IMG/VR virus record: IMGVR_UViG_3300030090_005562
Coordinates: 32,001 to 96,000 of that record
Source of the DNA: a virus
Strand: one strand, 5' to 3'
Length of the DNA stretch: 64,000 bases
Shown here: in pieces, positions 36,701-44,987 of the stretch
Layout of the letters: each line of letters begins with the position of its first letter
How positions within the stretch are numbered: position 1 is the first letter of the stretch
Translations under genes and position numbers: made by a program
Notes under the pieces: model-generated
Told to the model about the DNA's origin: nothing
Database searches by the model: none
What the model saw: only the letters and a program-made list of their open reading frames with translations

Positions 36701-39700
36701 TCTTGCTGCTTGCGATAAAATGTCAGGCAGCTGAGACATTAGCTGTGCTGCGGCAAACCCTTCGGTTGCTATCTCCTCGGTTGGAGAGCCAATTTTAATG
36801 GCATCTTCAAGCTGAGATGTGCTAACACGTTCGCCCGCTGCAGCGCGTCCTATAACGCTTGTATCAACGGAGCCTATTCTGCCAGCAGCTGTACCCTCCA
36901 TACTGCTGTTAAAATTATCTATATTATTTGAGGCCGTACCAAAGAGTGAGGCAACGTCTTTGAAAGCTGAGGCGACATTTTGAGTTTCTCTGACAAGATT
37001 TTTCATCTCTTTTGCGGCTTCAATCTCTGCTTGCTTTGATTCTCTTAGTTTATTGTTTATATCTATTTGTTGTTGAAGCTCATCTTTAAGCACACGGTAT
37101 AAACTTGGGTCTACAACAGAAATGGACTCTAGTATTTTTTTGCCTGCTCCTCCCATTTTATTTTCAAAATCTTCAAAACTTGTAGATGACGCAGCAAGTT
37201 TATCAAGTAGACCTCTTACCTGAGGAAACTGTTTATTCAAATTATCTCTAAATTGCTCTCTATTTTCAGCGTCTGGAGTATTCAATAGTTCAGTCATTTT
37301 GGTAAATTGGGTTGCAAAAGCATTCATATTACTAAGTCTCATCCCATTCTTTTCAATACTTCTTAACGAATCAGACATCTCTTTTTGAATCTGAACAGAC
37401 CTACCTCTTTCTATAGCGGCTTCAACTTTAGCCATGCTAGGAGGTATAATCCCTCCAATTATTCCTCCAACTACACTCCCAACAACCACTCCCATCGGAC
37501 CTGCAATAGCACCAATCGCAGCTCCTGCCAGCATTCCCGTGCCAGCGTTGGCCATTCTAGAGCCCGATTCAAAATTTTCTCTAGCTGTCTGTTCATCTGC
37601 CATAGTTTTTACATTTTCAGCAGATTTTATAGCCGCATCTTTTACGCTGTTACCAAAAAGTAATAAAGCCGCTCCTGCAGCAACATAGCCCACAGCCAAA
37701 CTGTTCATTAGCACCCCAGCGGTCTTAAACTGAGTGACCATATTGGCAAGAGGACCACCCATCGATGTAAACAATGCTGGTATTCCAGAAAGCGCCGGAA
37801 CTAACATTGAAATTGTTCCGCCAAGCATAGCGATTGTGTTAAAGGTAGAAAGAAGGTCTTGGGTGGTTTCGCCAAGACCCCCAAAAGAGTCTGCCAACAT
37901 TTGAGCTGCCATCGGGACCATCATTAGGCCCATGCCAACGTTACCGGCTGTTGCCATACCGCCGCCTTGAAACTTCTGTACCCCTACAGGCCCACCGCTT
38001 GCAAAGCCCTGCACCCTTCCTTTATTAATTGCGTTAAGATTATTGACACCAATTCTTTGTGCTGATTTTTTGTTAACTACAAATTCACCAGGAGTAAGAA
38101 GTGCGGGTACAGTATCAGAGCCAGAGATTCCTCCTCCAGAGGCCCTGAATATAGTCGCCATTATTTCTTGAGTAGGCTTAGACATCTTGGCGGCCATTGA
38201 ATCAAATACTTTATCTAACTCAAAGCCAGCCTCTTCTATATTGAAGTTTTTAACTTTTTTAAGAAGCGCGCCAAGATTATCGGAAGTAAAATTACTTTTT
38301 GCATCAGTTGGTCTATTTTTAACTCTACTCATACTTGGAACATTAAAGTTCTCAAGGTTTACACCCAGGCCTTTTGGAAAGTCAAATGGGGCGTTGGCTG
38401 GGTCAGAGTCCTTCGGGCTATATGGAACATCAGTAACAGAAAGAACATTCTCAAATAAGTTGCCCATAACTTGGTCTATGTTGGCGCTTTTCATTTTAGC
38501 ATAAACAGCATTTTTATCAGTGTTAGCAACAACTTTTGAGCTAATCTGCCTTGCTGCATTAAAGACAGAGGACTCTACGCCTTCTAAGAGTATGCCCTCG
38601 ACCCTCTCAGAAACACCCTTTTTTAACGCTCCAGCCTGTATTCGAAACTCATTTTTTGAAGTATATTTGCCTACAACAGCCTTAGCTTCTGCTTCCGCAA
38701 CTGCAGCTCCAGCTAACAAGTTAGGGCCATGTGGGGCCCCCGCTTTTTTAGCCGCTGCTTTAATTTTCTCGATTTGTGAAGTGAATTTTTTATATCCGTC
38801 GCTTGACTTCAACACTTTTTGAAGAACAATTTGACTGTTATTGCCCTGCTTAAAGCCCGCAGAGGCGTTAGCGTGCGCCATAAAAGCTCCGCCATAAATA
38901 TCTTCATCAGCAAAACCTTTGGCTAATTGGCCGCCATCTTTTGTGACAACTTTCATTGCCAATCTGCCTCTTTCTATCAGCGCTGTTTTTTCTGGGTCAA
39001 ACGGCTTTAACGCTTTCGACCTACCCTGAGCAAACGCAGTTTGCCTAGCTGATGTTTGGGCAGCACGCAGTCCCGCACCAGGAGCTGCAACTATTGGTAA
39101 CGACATTCCTCCGTTGGCAAATCTCTGAACCGGAACAGTGCCTCCAGAATTCATTTGAGCAAGATTTTCTGCGCCATACTTTTTAACAGAGCTTTTTCTA
39201 ATAACAAACTCACCAGGAGTTAACATAGCAGGGACGGTGTCTCTATTGCCTGTTCCTGGAACAATTCCGCCAGTAGCAAATCTTCTGCCTCCGCCCATGG
39301 GCATTACAGAGAGCCTCATTTGCTTTGGGAGAGCCACCACTGCTGTTGTTAGCTTTTGTAAAGCGGATGTATTTGCTCCTAATGCAGTTACGAGCTTAGA
39401 CATGGCTTGGCTTTGAGCCTGTCTGCTAGCTCCACCCGCTGCGCCACCAAGATTTGCACCAGCCGCTCCAGCTCCTCCAGCTCCTCGAATGCCGCCTAAA
39501 AATCCAGCCCCAAATTGAAAAGCCATTTTGGCTCCTTGGAACGCTGCGAGGGCTCCTAGTAATGGCAGAACTGGCTTGATAGCATCTGCCACTTTAATGA
39601 ATGAAGAAGCCATTCCTAATATCACAGTCGTAATCGACTTAAAAGTTCCTGAACCAGCTAGGTCTCTGAATAAGCCAAGGAATTCTTCTCTAACTTTAGA

Positions 39701-40924
39701 TATTTGAACAGCCAGGGAGGCTTGAGCTGTTGCGGCATCCTTAGCAAGAGAGCCTTGACCCTGCTGAGCAACACGTAGGGCCTGTTGTGCTGTAGCAAAT
39801 TGCTGAATAAGAGGAATAACTTTAGACACCTGCCTGAACCCACCAAGCTCTTCAACAATTTTTGCAAATCTTGGGTCTGTAGAATCTAAGCTTTTAAGAG
39901 CTGCGCTTAATCTTTTTACAGCCTCAAAAGGACCGACAAAATTGCCTTCTAAATTTTGAAGCTCAATACCAGACTGTCTCAAAAATTCAATTGTTTTTGG
40001 TCTTTGAATTCTTGTAAAAATGGTTCTAAAGCCAGTCGCAATTGTTTCAGCGCTTTCACGGGTTGTTGCTCTAACGCTAGTGAACAAAGCAAGCAATTCC
40101 TCTAGAGAACCACCCGCAGCCTGAAATGCACCACCGGCTCTTCTAATTGCAAAAATCAAGTCTTGGGACTCAACAGCAAACTGACCTGCAAGAGCATTGA
40201 TGGAACCGAGCTTTTTGCCTAACTGGTCAGCGGTTACGCCAAACTGACGCATAATGGCAATTGCACCCTCTGCAGTATTTGCCATATCTTTAAAGGTAGG
40301 AGCTAAAGAACTTTGAGCCAGGGCTTTCATGGCTATAGTGACATCTCTAGCAGCGAGACCGGTTTGAGATAATGTTCTAGCTACATCAACAAGTTCGGAT
40401 GAAGAAACGCCAAGGCTTGAAGATAAATTTCCAATCTCTGAGGAAAGCCCTTTTAGATTAGACATTGTTTTTCCAGTGACTTGAGAAATCTTAACCATCT
40501 GTCTCTCAAAGTCAATGGCGGCCCTCGTACCCTCTTTTATAGCATTAGCCACCCCCATCATAATTCCGGCGCCAACACTAAACGCAGCAAATCTTTTAAC
40601 GGCTAATGCAGACTGCTTTCCAAAAGCGGCGGCGCCTGTAGCAGCAGAATTTAGTTGTGCGGCGGATTGTTTAGCCGCATTTCCAACTTTGCTTATAGAG
40701 GTGGATGCATTTTTTGCCGCTGCAGATGTTTGCTTAGAGGCCGCAGATATTTTATTAAGAGATGCAGCTATTGATTTTAGTTGAGCTGCGGTTTTTTTAT
40801 CAAGCCTTATGTTTACATTAGTGCTTACTTTACTAAGCTTGCTTTGAATTTGCTTAGTGACTTGATTTAAATTTTTTGGTCCACGAAGCTGAAGCTCAGC
40901 GACAATGTTAAATTTTGAAGACAT
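33800..40924 (-). CDS. Tail tape measure protein (2374 aa)
   Basis: TP901-type core (AIDFERQMVKISQVTG, LSQTGL, FAVESQDL, RESAETIATGFRTIFTRI), Ala/Gly-rich hydrophobic segments, coiled coils. Confidence 0.92.
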   Translation of the reverse strand: MSSKFNIVAELQLRGPKNLNQVTKQIQSKLSKVSTNVNIRLDKKTAAQLKSIAASLNKISAASKQTSAAAKNASTSISKVGNAAKQSAAQLNSAATGAAAFGKQSALAVKRFAAFSVGAGIMMGVANAIKEGTRAAIDFERQMVKISQVTGKTMSNLKGLSSEIGNLSSSLGVSSSELVDVARTLSQTGLAARDVTIAMKALAQSSLAPTFKDMANTAEGAIAIMRQFGVTADQLGKKLGSINALAGQFAVESQDLIFAIRRAGGAFQAAGGSLEELLALFTSVRATTRESAETIATGFRTIFTRIQRPKTIEFLRQSGIELQNLEGNFVGPFEAVKRLSAALKSLDSTDPRFAKIVEELGGFRQVSKVIPLIQQFATAQQALRVAQQGQGSLAKDAATAQASLAVQISKVREEFLGLFRDLAGSGTFKSITTVILGMASSFIKVADAIKPVLPLLGALAAFQGAKMAFQFGAGFLGGIRGAGGAGAAGANLGGAAGGASRQAQSQAMSKLVTALGANTSALQKLTTAVVALPKQMRLSVMPMGGGRRFATGGIVPGTGNRDTVPAMLTPGEFVIRKSSVKKYGAENLAQMNSGGTVPVQRFANGGMSLPIVAAPGAGLRAAQTSARQTAFAQGRSKALKPFDPEKTALIERGRLAMKVVTKDGGQLAKGFADEDIYGGAFMAHANASAGFKQGNNSQIVLQKVLKSSDGYKKFTSQIEKIKAAAKKAGAPHGPNLLAGAAVAEAEAKAVVGKYTSKNEFRIQAGALKKGVSERVEGILLEGVESSVFNAARQISSKVVANTDKNAVYAKMKSANIDQVMGNLFENVLSVTDVPYSPKDSDPANAPFDFPKGLGVNLENFNVPSMSRVKNRPTDAKSNFTSDNLGALLKKVKNFNIEEAGFELDKVFDSMAAKMSKPTQEIMATIFRASGGGISGSDTVPALLTPGEFVVNKKSAQRIGVNNLNAINKGRVQGFASGGPVGVQKFQGGGMATAGNVGMGLMMVPMAAQMLADSFGGLGETTQDLLSTFNTIAMLGGTISMLVPALSGIPALFTSMGGPLANMVTQFKTAGVLMNSLAVGYVAAGAALLLFGNSVKDAAIKSAENVKTMADEQTARENFESGSRMANAGTGMLAGAAIGAIAGPMGVVVGSVVGGIIGGIIPPSMAKVEAAIERGRSVQIQKEMSDSLRSIEKNGMRLSNMNAFATQFTKMTELLNTPDAENREQFRDNLNKQFPQVRGLLDKLAASSTSFEDFENKMGGAGKKILESISVVDPSLYRVLKDELQQQIDINNKLRESKQAEIEAAKEMKNLVRETQNVASAFKDVASLFGTASNNIDNFNSSMEGTAAGRIGSVDTSVIGRAAAGERVSTSQLEDAIKIGSPTEEIATEGFAAAQLMSQLPDILSQAARESAGNPDKFQKTFTEVAKSMGFTGKAIEALSTRIGGLAGGRSESEGSIIDEIQEDSAAFAQKIQSDSAKALIAGIQDAAKQQQALFDGVLKINQQIFNTEKKVAQLRLKTIAKESQLLKLQNRNAGRGGALSRAQASAQFQRQQRVILGPENAGAAGDSDALRAGLLNSQQEVIDIQNKLANSSNLTAEETIALADELSKASDRSRRFQEALEHMSESGEELAAVQAELAIAEKKRNFLQDAAFMNVEQQQQLADDSMAGMQIAFNPESAAAQFDEFGNISAEFFQGGRDYLQGLQDMGINELQLADGTTANIDDSLDEFTVQRLGAQSGLAGDELEAFQDSIRAQLAERRRLQDEEAQLVQRQVRAMEALALSMEMQRAQAENERRKADEIKIREDKIKEKETEIEEKEKNVENLREEKADIDAELEDRETLGDSVAGDRGKLGKVAAGGGDLANIKAGRESAKELEKIQTKGRGALGKDALKETSSDISQSAVSTPGGMDKGTITARGMKSIIAKARNVFMETFSPHVDTEGLRIFMDSFTSAVEIGDRLNVVKSAFEKGVKAYINYKEKQDADVQNEAEVSTQNLKTGPGALTDDEIDQLSIDPGSAAAAAGRQDDREKNRDPDAARPTTGQLQTQSGNLDTKIDEGQSEIDTDRAGLGTDRANLTTTRGKPASDFADPFDPGIENQEQQSSLGLGQSQMVCPENAKYFDSVNKKCFEKRFFDPTEQRDDPPSFDPKHYYTRELYPQNPDGIKNSERTLNYSSFDDEPYYSSSGGPFGAGSGPMAGSLSKGTDTRLAVLTPGEFVVNRAATAKNLSLLHAINNGNTINASSGGRIGYFQNGGNGGSAGFGAFTSAVQLFAQAVSSISMSGQGGDSGSTDFAALASALTNFPTSTGVQGLITALNRFSDTFGSNAIEVKMESNGVDVNLNGVEAFANLAESGLMQKVGQVVTARFQDLFQGQDA

Positions 40925-40933
40925 GTTAATTGC

Positions 40934-40985
40934 GTACCTATATTGCTGCTATAAAAATAAACCCGCTAACCAACAATATAGTTAC
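40934..40985 (-). promoter_or_regulatory. Stem-loop in the TMP leader occluding a weak SD
   Basis: Minus strand GTA-A-CTATATTGTTG ... CAGCAATATAG-G-TAC; AGGT lies in the 3' arm about 11 nt before ATG 40924. Confidence 0.5.
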
Positions 40986-41000
40986 TATCCAAGGGCCGTC

Positions 41001-41900
41001 TTAAGACTCAGATGATTGCTTGTCTTTTTTGGGTCTTCCTCTTCTTTTTTTTACTGGCTCTTTTTCCTCTTTATCTTCATCAGTAGCTCCTATCGGATTT
41101 CCCTTTTCGTCCAAAAATGGCTTTACCCTGTCTGATATAGGCTCTCCACTTTCATCAATCCTTTCCCCGTTAATGTCTACATATTCACCCTGCTCGTTAA
41201 TATATCTAAAGTTGTCATCAATTAGCCTTCCTTGATAATCAACTTTTCTGCCTTGTTCGTCCAGTAAAAAATCTTTATCTGCAAATTTATGTTCACTTAG
41301 AAATTTATTTTCGATTAAATTACTCTCATAGTCTTTTTCTAATCCAAAATAAAACTCTGCAAATTTTCCTGCCGCCAAAACTGCAACGCTATCCTCATCA
41401 GAATCCTCTGACGAAAAGTCGTCCATTGTTTTGTAGACCCTTTCAAAGTTACCGTTATCATCAGTCCTATCATTATACACCAAACAATTAATTAATAAAA
41501 AGTTAAATCTTGCGTTTTCAGCTTGTCCTTGGGCGCTATTTACATCCAAAGCATTTCTGTTTTCAATCATGGCCTTGACAAGGTTTCTGCAAGCTTTTAT
41601 GTTAATGGCTAGCTCTTTGGCCTCAGACAATTTTATACCACCAAGTTTTAAAAGCTTCTCTTTATCAGAAATTTCCATCAAAAGAGAGGTGTATTCGGCT
41701 TCTTTTTCATCATCCCACAGACCCTGCTCTCTCATAAAGGTGTCTAAAGACTCTCTTAAAAGTGCCCCATTCCTAAGAGATTTGCTGAAGACTCTATTGT
41801 ATTCCATAGACGCGTCTTCATTGATTTTTGAAGTTGGAGTGAGTATTGCATAAGTCTCGCCTTTGAACTCAAAAACCTCGGCCTTTTTCTTTTTAACCAT
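41001..41900 (-). CDS. Putative tail assembly chaperone
   Basis: Directly upstream of the TMP; SD AAGGAG before ATG 41900; C-terminal D-x-x-G repeats and an RRGRPKK motif. Confidence 0.6.
   Translation of the reverse strand: MVKKKKAEVFEFKGETYAILTPTSKINEDASMEYNRVFSKSLRNGALLRESLDTFMREQGLWDDEKEAEYTSLLMEISDKEKLLKLGGIKLSEAKELAINIKACRNLVKAMIENRNALDVNSAQGQAENARFNFLLINCLVYNDRTDDNGNFERVYKTMDDFSSEDSDEDSVAVLAAGKFAEFYFGLEKDYESNLIENKFLSEHKFADKDFLLDEQGRKVDYQGRLIDDNFRYINEQGEYVDINGERIDESGEPISDRVKPFLDEKGNPIGATDEDKEEKEPVKKRRGRPKKDKQSSES
41474..41482 (-). promoter_or_regulatory. Intragenic copy of TGGTGTATA(AT), possible promoter for the TMP transcript
   Basis: Matches the 44976 site over TTTGGTGTATAAT; about 550 nt upstream of the TMP start; could be chance. 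Confidence 0.35.
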
Positions 41901-42285
41901 TAAATTGCTCCTTATTTTTATCAATATTTATTCCAAGGCTATATCTTTCCCAGTTTATTGAATAGTTATCTATCTCGTTCATGGCCGCACGTAATTGAGT
42001 GTTGCCATTGTCTAGTATTTCAGTTCTTACCTCTTCCCATATTTCTTTCATTTCTAGTTCTTGCTCATTTAAATCATCGTCATCTTTGCCGTGTCCCCAA
42101 AGAAAACCAAAATTTTTTTCACAAGACGATATCGCTCCTATGAATGAGGTTTTAATTTTTGTGTTTACTATATTAGAAAGTCTTTTTTTTGATTTGTCCT
42201 TATATTTTATCTCTTTAGCTTCTCGCTTTTTTTGTTGGCTTGCCGCTAATTGATAGTGGCTTAGCTTATTTTCATTGTGTTCCAT
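41893..42285 (-). CDS. Hypothetical protein of the tail-assembly cluster
   Basis: SD GAGGA before ATG 42285; FGFLWGH, RTEILDNGNTQLR. Confidence 0.65.
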   Translation of the reverse strand: MEHNENKLSHYQLAASQQKKREAKEIKYKDKSKKRLSNIVNTKIKTSFIGAISSCEKNFGFLWGHGKDDDDLNEQELEMKEIWEEVRTEILDNGNTQLRAAMNEIDNYSINWERYSLGINIDKNKEQFNG

Positions 42286-42286
42286 G

Positions 42287-43351
42287 CTATCCTCTTGCCT
42301 TTTGTTTAAATTGCTCATTAGCCATTTGTCTCATCTCAAGCTGAGCTTCAACGGTTTGCTCAGTTTTCAATCCTTTGCCTTTTTTAGATTGATTGTCTAA
42401 TTGCTTATTCAGGCTTTTTATCGTTGATTTACCCTGAATATCATTCAAATCGTGTATTCTCTTTGCGTCTTCTGCGGTATCAGCAAAAAGAAAAACTTCA
42501 TCACCTTTCACATCAGACCCTTTTTTGGAAACAGCGGATTTAGACCTTTCACTTTCCGCCTTTCTGTTTTGATATATTAACCAACCATCAAGCATATCAT
42601 CGTCCTCAATAACGGTGCTAGCAGGGCACTCATGGCTAGATAGAACGCTATCATATATTTTAGACCAAGTTATCAATGACCTTTGTTGAGGTGTAAGCTC
42701 AATTGAAGGTTTATTAAAAACGCCTCCTTCAGCCTTGCCAGGGCCCCAAAAACTTTTCCACACATCGTTCTTGGATATAGTCCTTATACGTTTATCTGTT
42801 ACATAGAAAGAAAGATATTTTATGGCAACGTCAGAAACAATATTATTGTCACTTTGGTCATAATCTTCAAAAAAAACATCATCATTTTCATAAAATGTAT
42901 TTGTACATATTAAATATCTAGATTTTGTAATCGACGCTAGCCCCTCGCAAGTTTGTTCTGATAATATACCTCTTTTTTTAGAAAGCTTAACGTATTCCTC
43001 ATTTAAATCTTTTATTCTTTTCCTTATTGGGTCTCTAGATTTAAAATTCTTATACGCTAAATAAAGCTGAACTTTAGCATCTTCTATTTTTTTGGGAATG
43101 CTATCTAGCTGTTCTTGTTCGAGCTTGCTCCACAAATTAACAGAAATCAATTTTTCAATCATCTCCTCTTCTTTTATTGTGCCTAAATATTCAGACTTAT
43201 CAAAAATTTTTTTATAAATTAAAGAGCCCTTTAGCATGCTTGAAACGCTCGGTTCTTTAACATATAAAGAATTACCAAAAACCTTAATTCTAGTTTTTCC
43301 TTCAATTATATCATACAGTTGTATTTCAAGTTGATGTTCATCATCAATCAT
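42287..43351 (-). CDS. Putative tail assembly chaperone, long form (paralog of 41001-41900)
   Basis: Lies between tail tube and TMP; shares the P...Y...F...LW...EG.A pattern with the 41001 gene. Confidence 0.55.
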   Translation of the reverse strand: MIDDEHQLEIQLYDIIEGKTRIKVFGNSLYVKEPSVSSMLKGSLIYKKIFDKSEYLGTIKEEEMIEKLISVNLWSKLEQEQLDSIPKKIEDAKVQLYLAYKNFKSRDPIRKRIKDLNEEYVKLSKKRGILSEQTCEGLASITKSRYLICTNTFYENDDVFFEDYDQSDNNIVSDVAIKYLSFYVTDKRIRTISKNDVWKSFWGPGKAEGGVFNKPSIELTPQQRSLITWSKIYDSVLSSHECPASTVIEDDDMLDGWLIYQNRKAESERSKSAVSKKGSDVKGDEVFLFADTAEDAKRIHDLNDIQGKSTIKSLNKQLDNQSKKGKGLKTEQTVEAQLEMRQMANEQFKQKARG

Positions 43352-43353
43352 TT

Positions 43354-43602
43354 CTATACCAATTCACGCTCTTTTTGAGATAATGACGGCGCAATCTCCT
43401 CCTTTAAAGACTCATTCTCTGAAATAAGCTCTGAAACTTGAGAGGTTAGATTCTCTATGATAGAAGTGTAGTTATTATCAATCGAGGACCTAGAATTGTG
43501 CAGCTCGATGTAAAGATGCCCAATCATTTGACAAACCGAGTTGTAATCTAAAGTTCTCGGTGGCGTTGAGCTATTTTGACTAGACGTATTTGAATTATCC
43601 AT
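43354..43602 (-). CDS. Small coiled-coil hypothetical protein
   Basis: SD AGGA, IGHLYIE, heptad C-terminus; abuts the next gene. Confidence 0.65.
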   Translation of the reverse strand: MDNSNTSSQNSSTPPRTLDYNSVCQMIGHLYIELHNSRSSIDNNYTSIIENLTSQVSELISENESLKEEIAPSLSQKERELV

Positions 43603-43619
43603 TTTTCCTTTTTCCTATT

Positions 43620-43654
43620 AAAATGGCTTGGGGGTCAAAAGACCCCCTTCGCCA
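43620..43654 (-). terminator. Intrinsic terminator/attenuator after the major tail gene
   Basis: GGGGGTC-TTTT-GACCCCC stem, extendable by TGGC/GCCA, followed by TTTT. Confidence 0.7.
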
Positions 43655-43664
43655 AAAATCTTAA

Positions 43665-44903
43665 TTAGCTATAAACATTCCCAAGAGCCCTAAATCCAGT
43701 ATTGCTGTAGTTGGGGTCTTGAGGATGATAAACAGTCATATCATTAAAGTTGGTATAACTGTAAGTAATTTCTTCATTTCCACCACCAGCGTCACCACCA
43801 GTAACAGAAACGCTAGAAAGTTTGTTTTTGCGACCTAAGTCAACAATTAAACCTTCTCGCATGTGCAATCGAATGGTCTGGTCAACCAAGTTCGTGCTAG
43901 TAGTTGGGTCAGGGTGGCCTGCTTCAGTTGCTGAAATCAAGTCGCCAGACGTTGAAATGATTGTAACCTCACAGGTAACCTCTGTTGGAAACGGAAGGAA
44001 CCTATGATAACGACCTTTTCGACCCAATTCAAAAATATCCTCACGACCAAAGTCGCTCGAACAGCTAAAGCTTTGAAGGTGAGTCGTAAAGCTTCCGTCT
44101 GCTGCCTGCTTGTTTTGTCCTTTGGTATTGATACCAGGAATATGAATGGGAAGCACTGTTCCAATTCCAGAACGAGGATATTCAGACTCTTGTTTTCCAA
44201 TGCTGCTGTTTGCATAATCAAACAGAACGTCTTCTCTTCTGTTAACACCGCCAGATGCCGAAACTGGATATGCACTTCTCAAAGCCAAAGGCTCATCGTC
44301 ATTGGTGGTAATTAAGTCTGTAGTAGACCAAGTAATCGCATTACCAGCTCTTGTGGAGCCTTTAGCCTGACTATACCAGACCTTATCTTGACCAACGAGA
44401 CTGACAGATTCAGTTGCATTGCCATCGATGCTAACATTGTAAGATACTGAGTTAACAAAAACGCCAGAACAAACAACGTGCGATTCAGCTAAGTGGCCTT
44501 CTGCATCTTGCGAATCCCTAGCGTTATAAGCTATTTCATCGGTATCTTTGTAGATAGCCATACAAAAATCAGCCTGCGCTCTAGAGCGGCCAATGAGAGA
44601 AGGGGCTGAAGACTTTCCATCTTCACCCGTGGAAGTAACGCCATTTATCGAGGTTGCCAAAACATAAACCGGACAATAACCATCCAAGACTTTTTCTATA
44701 TCAATCGAAACATCAGGGATACCCTCAATGTTTTCATAAATAGCAAGCTGACCAAGCTCAAAAGCCTGCTCAAGATTGAAAGTTGTTGTCATCCCAACGG
44801 ATTGGAGTCCGTGCAGTTGCTGGAATTTTTTTGCGCCGTTACCAACACCAGTACCGCTCAGACCGGCTTTTTTAGTGGCATAAAATACTCTTTTATTAGC
44901 CAT
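43665..44903 (-). CDS. Major tail (tube) protein
   Basis: GLQSVGMTTTFNLEQAFELGQLAIYEN, GREDIFELGRK (internal duplication); strong SD, own promoter motif and terminator. Confidence 0.8.
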   Translation of the reverse strand: MANKRVFYATKKAGLSGTGVGNGAKKFQQLHGLQSVGMTTTFNLEQAFELGQLAIYENIEGIPDVSIDIEKVLDGYCPVYVLATSINGVTSTGEDGKSSAPSLIGRSRAQADFCMAIYKDTDEIAYNARDSQDAEGHLAESHVVCSGVFVNSVSYNVSIDGNATESVSLVGQDKVWYSQAKGSTRAGNAITWSTTDLITTNDDEPLALRSAYPVSASGGVNRREDVLFDYANSSIGKQESEYPRSGIGTVLPIHIPGINTKGQNKQAADGSFTTHLQSFSCSSDFGREDIFELGRKGRYHRFLPFPTEVTCEVTIISTSGDLISATEAGHPDPTTSTNLVDQTIRLHMREGLIVDLGRKNKLSSVSVTGGDAGGGNEEITYSYTNFNDMTVYHPQDPNYSNTGFRALGNVYS

Positions 44904-44975
44904 TATTTACTCTCCTATTTTTCTATATATAGAATCTATAATTCGCTACCGAGGGGTTTGAGCTAGTTACATTAT

Positions 44976-44984
44976 TATACACCA
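44976..44984 (-). promoter_or_regulatory. Putative late promoter TGGTGTATA
   Basis: Intergenic, upstream of the major tail gene. Confidence 0.75.
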
Positions 44985-44987
44985 AAA

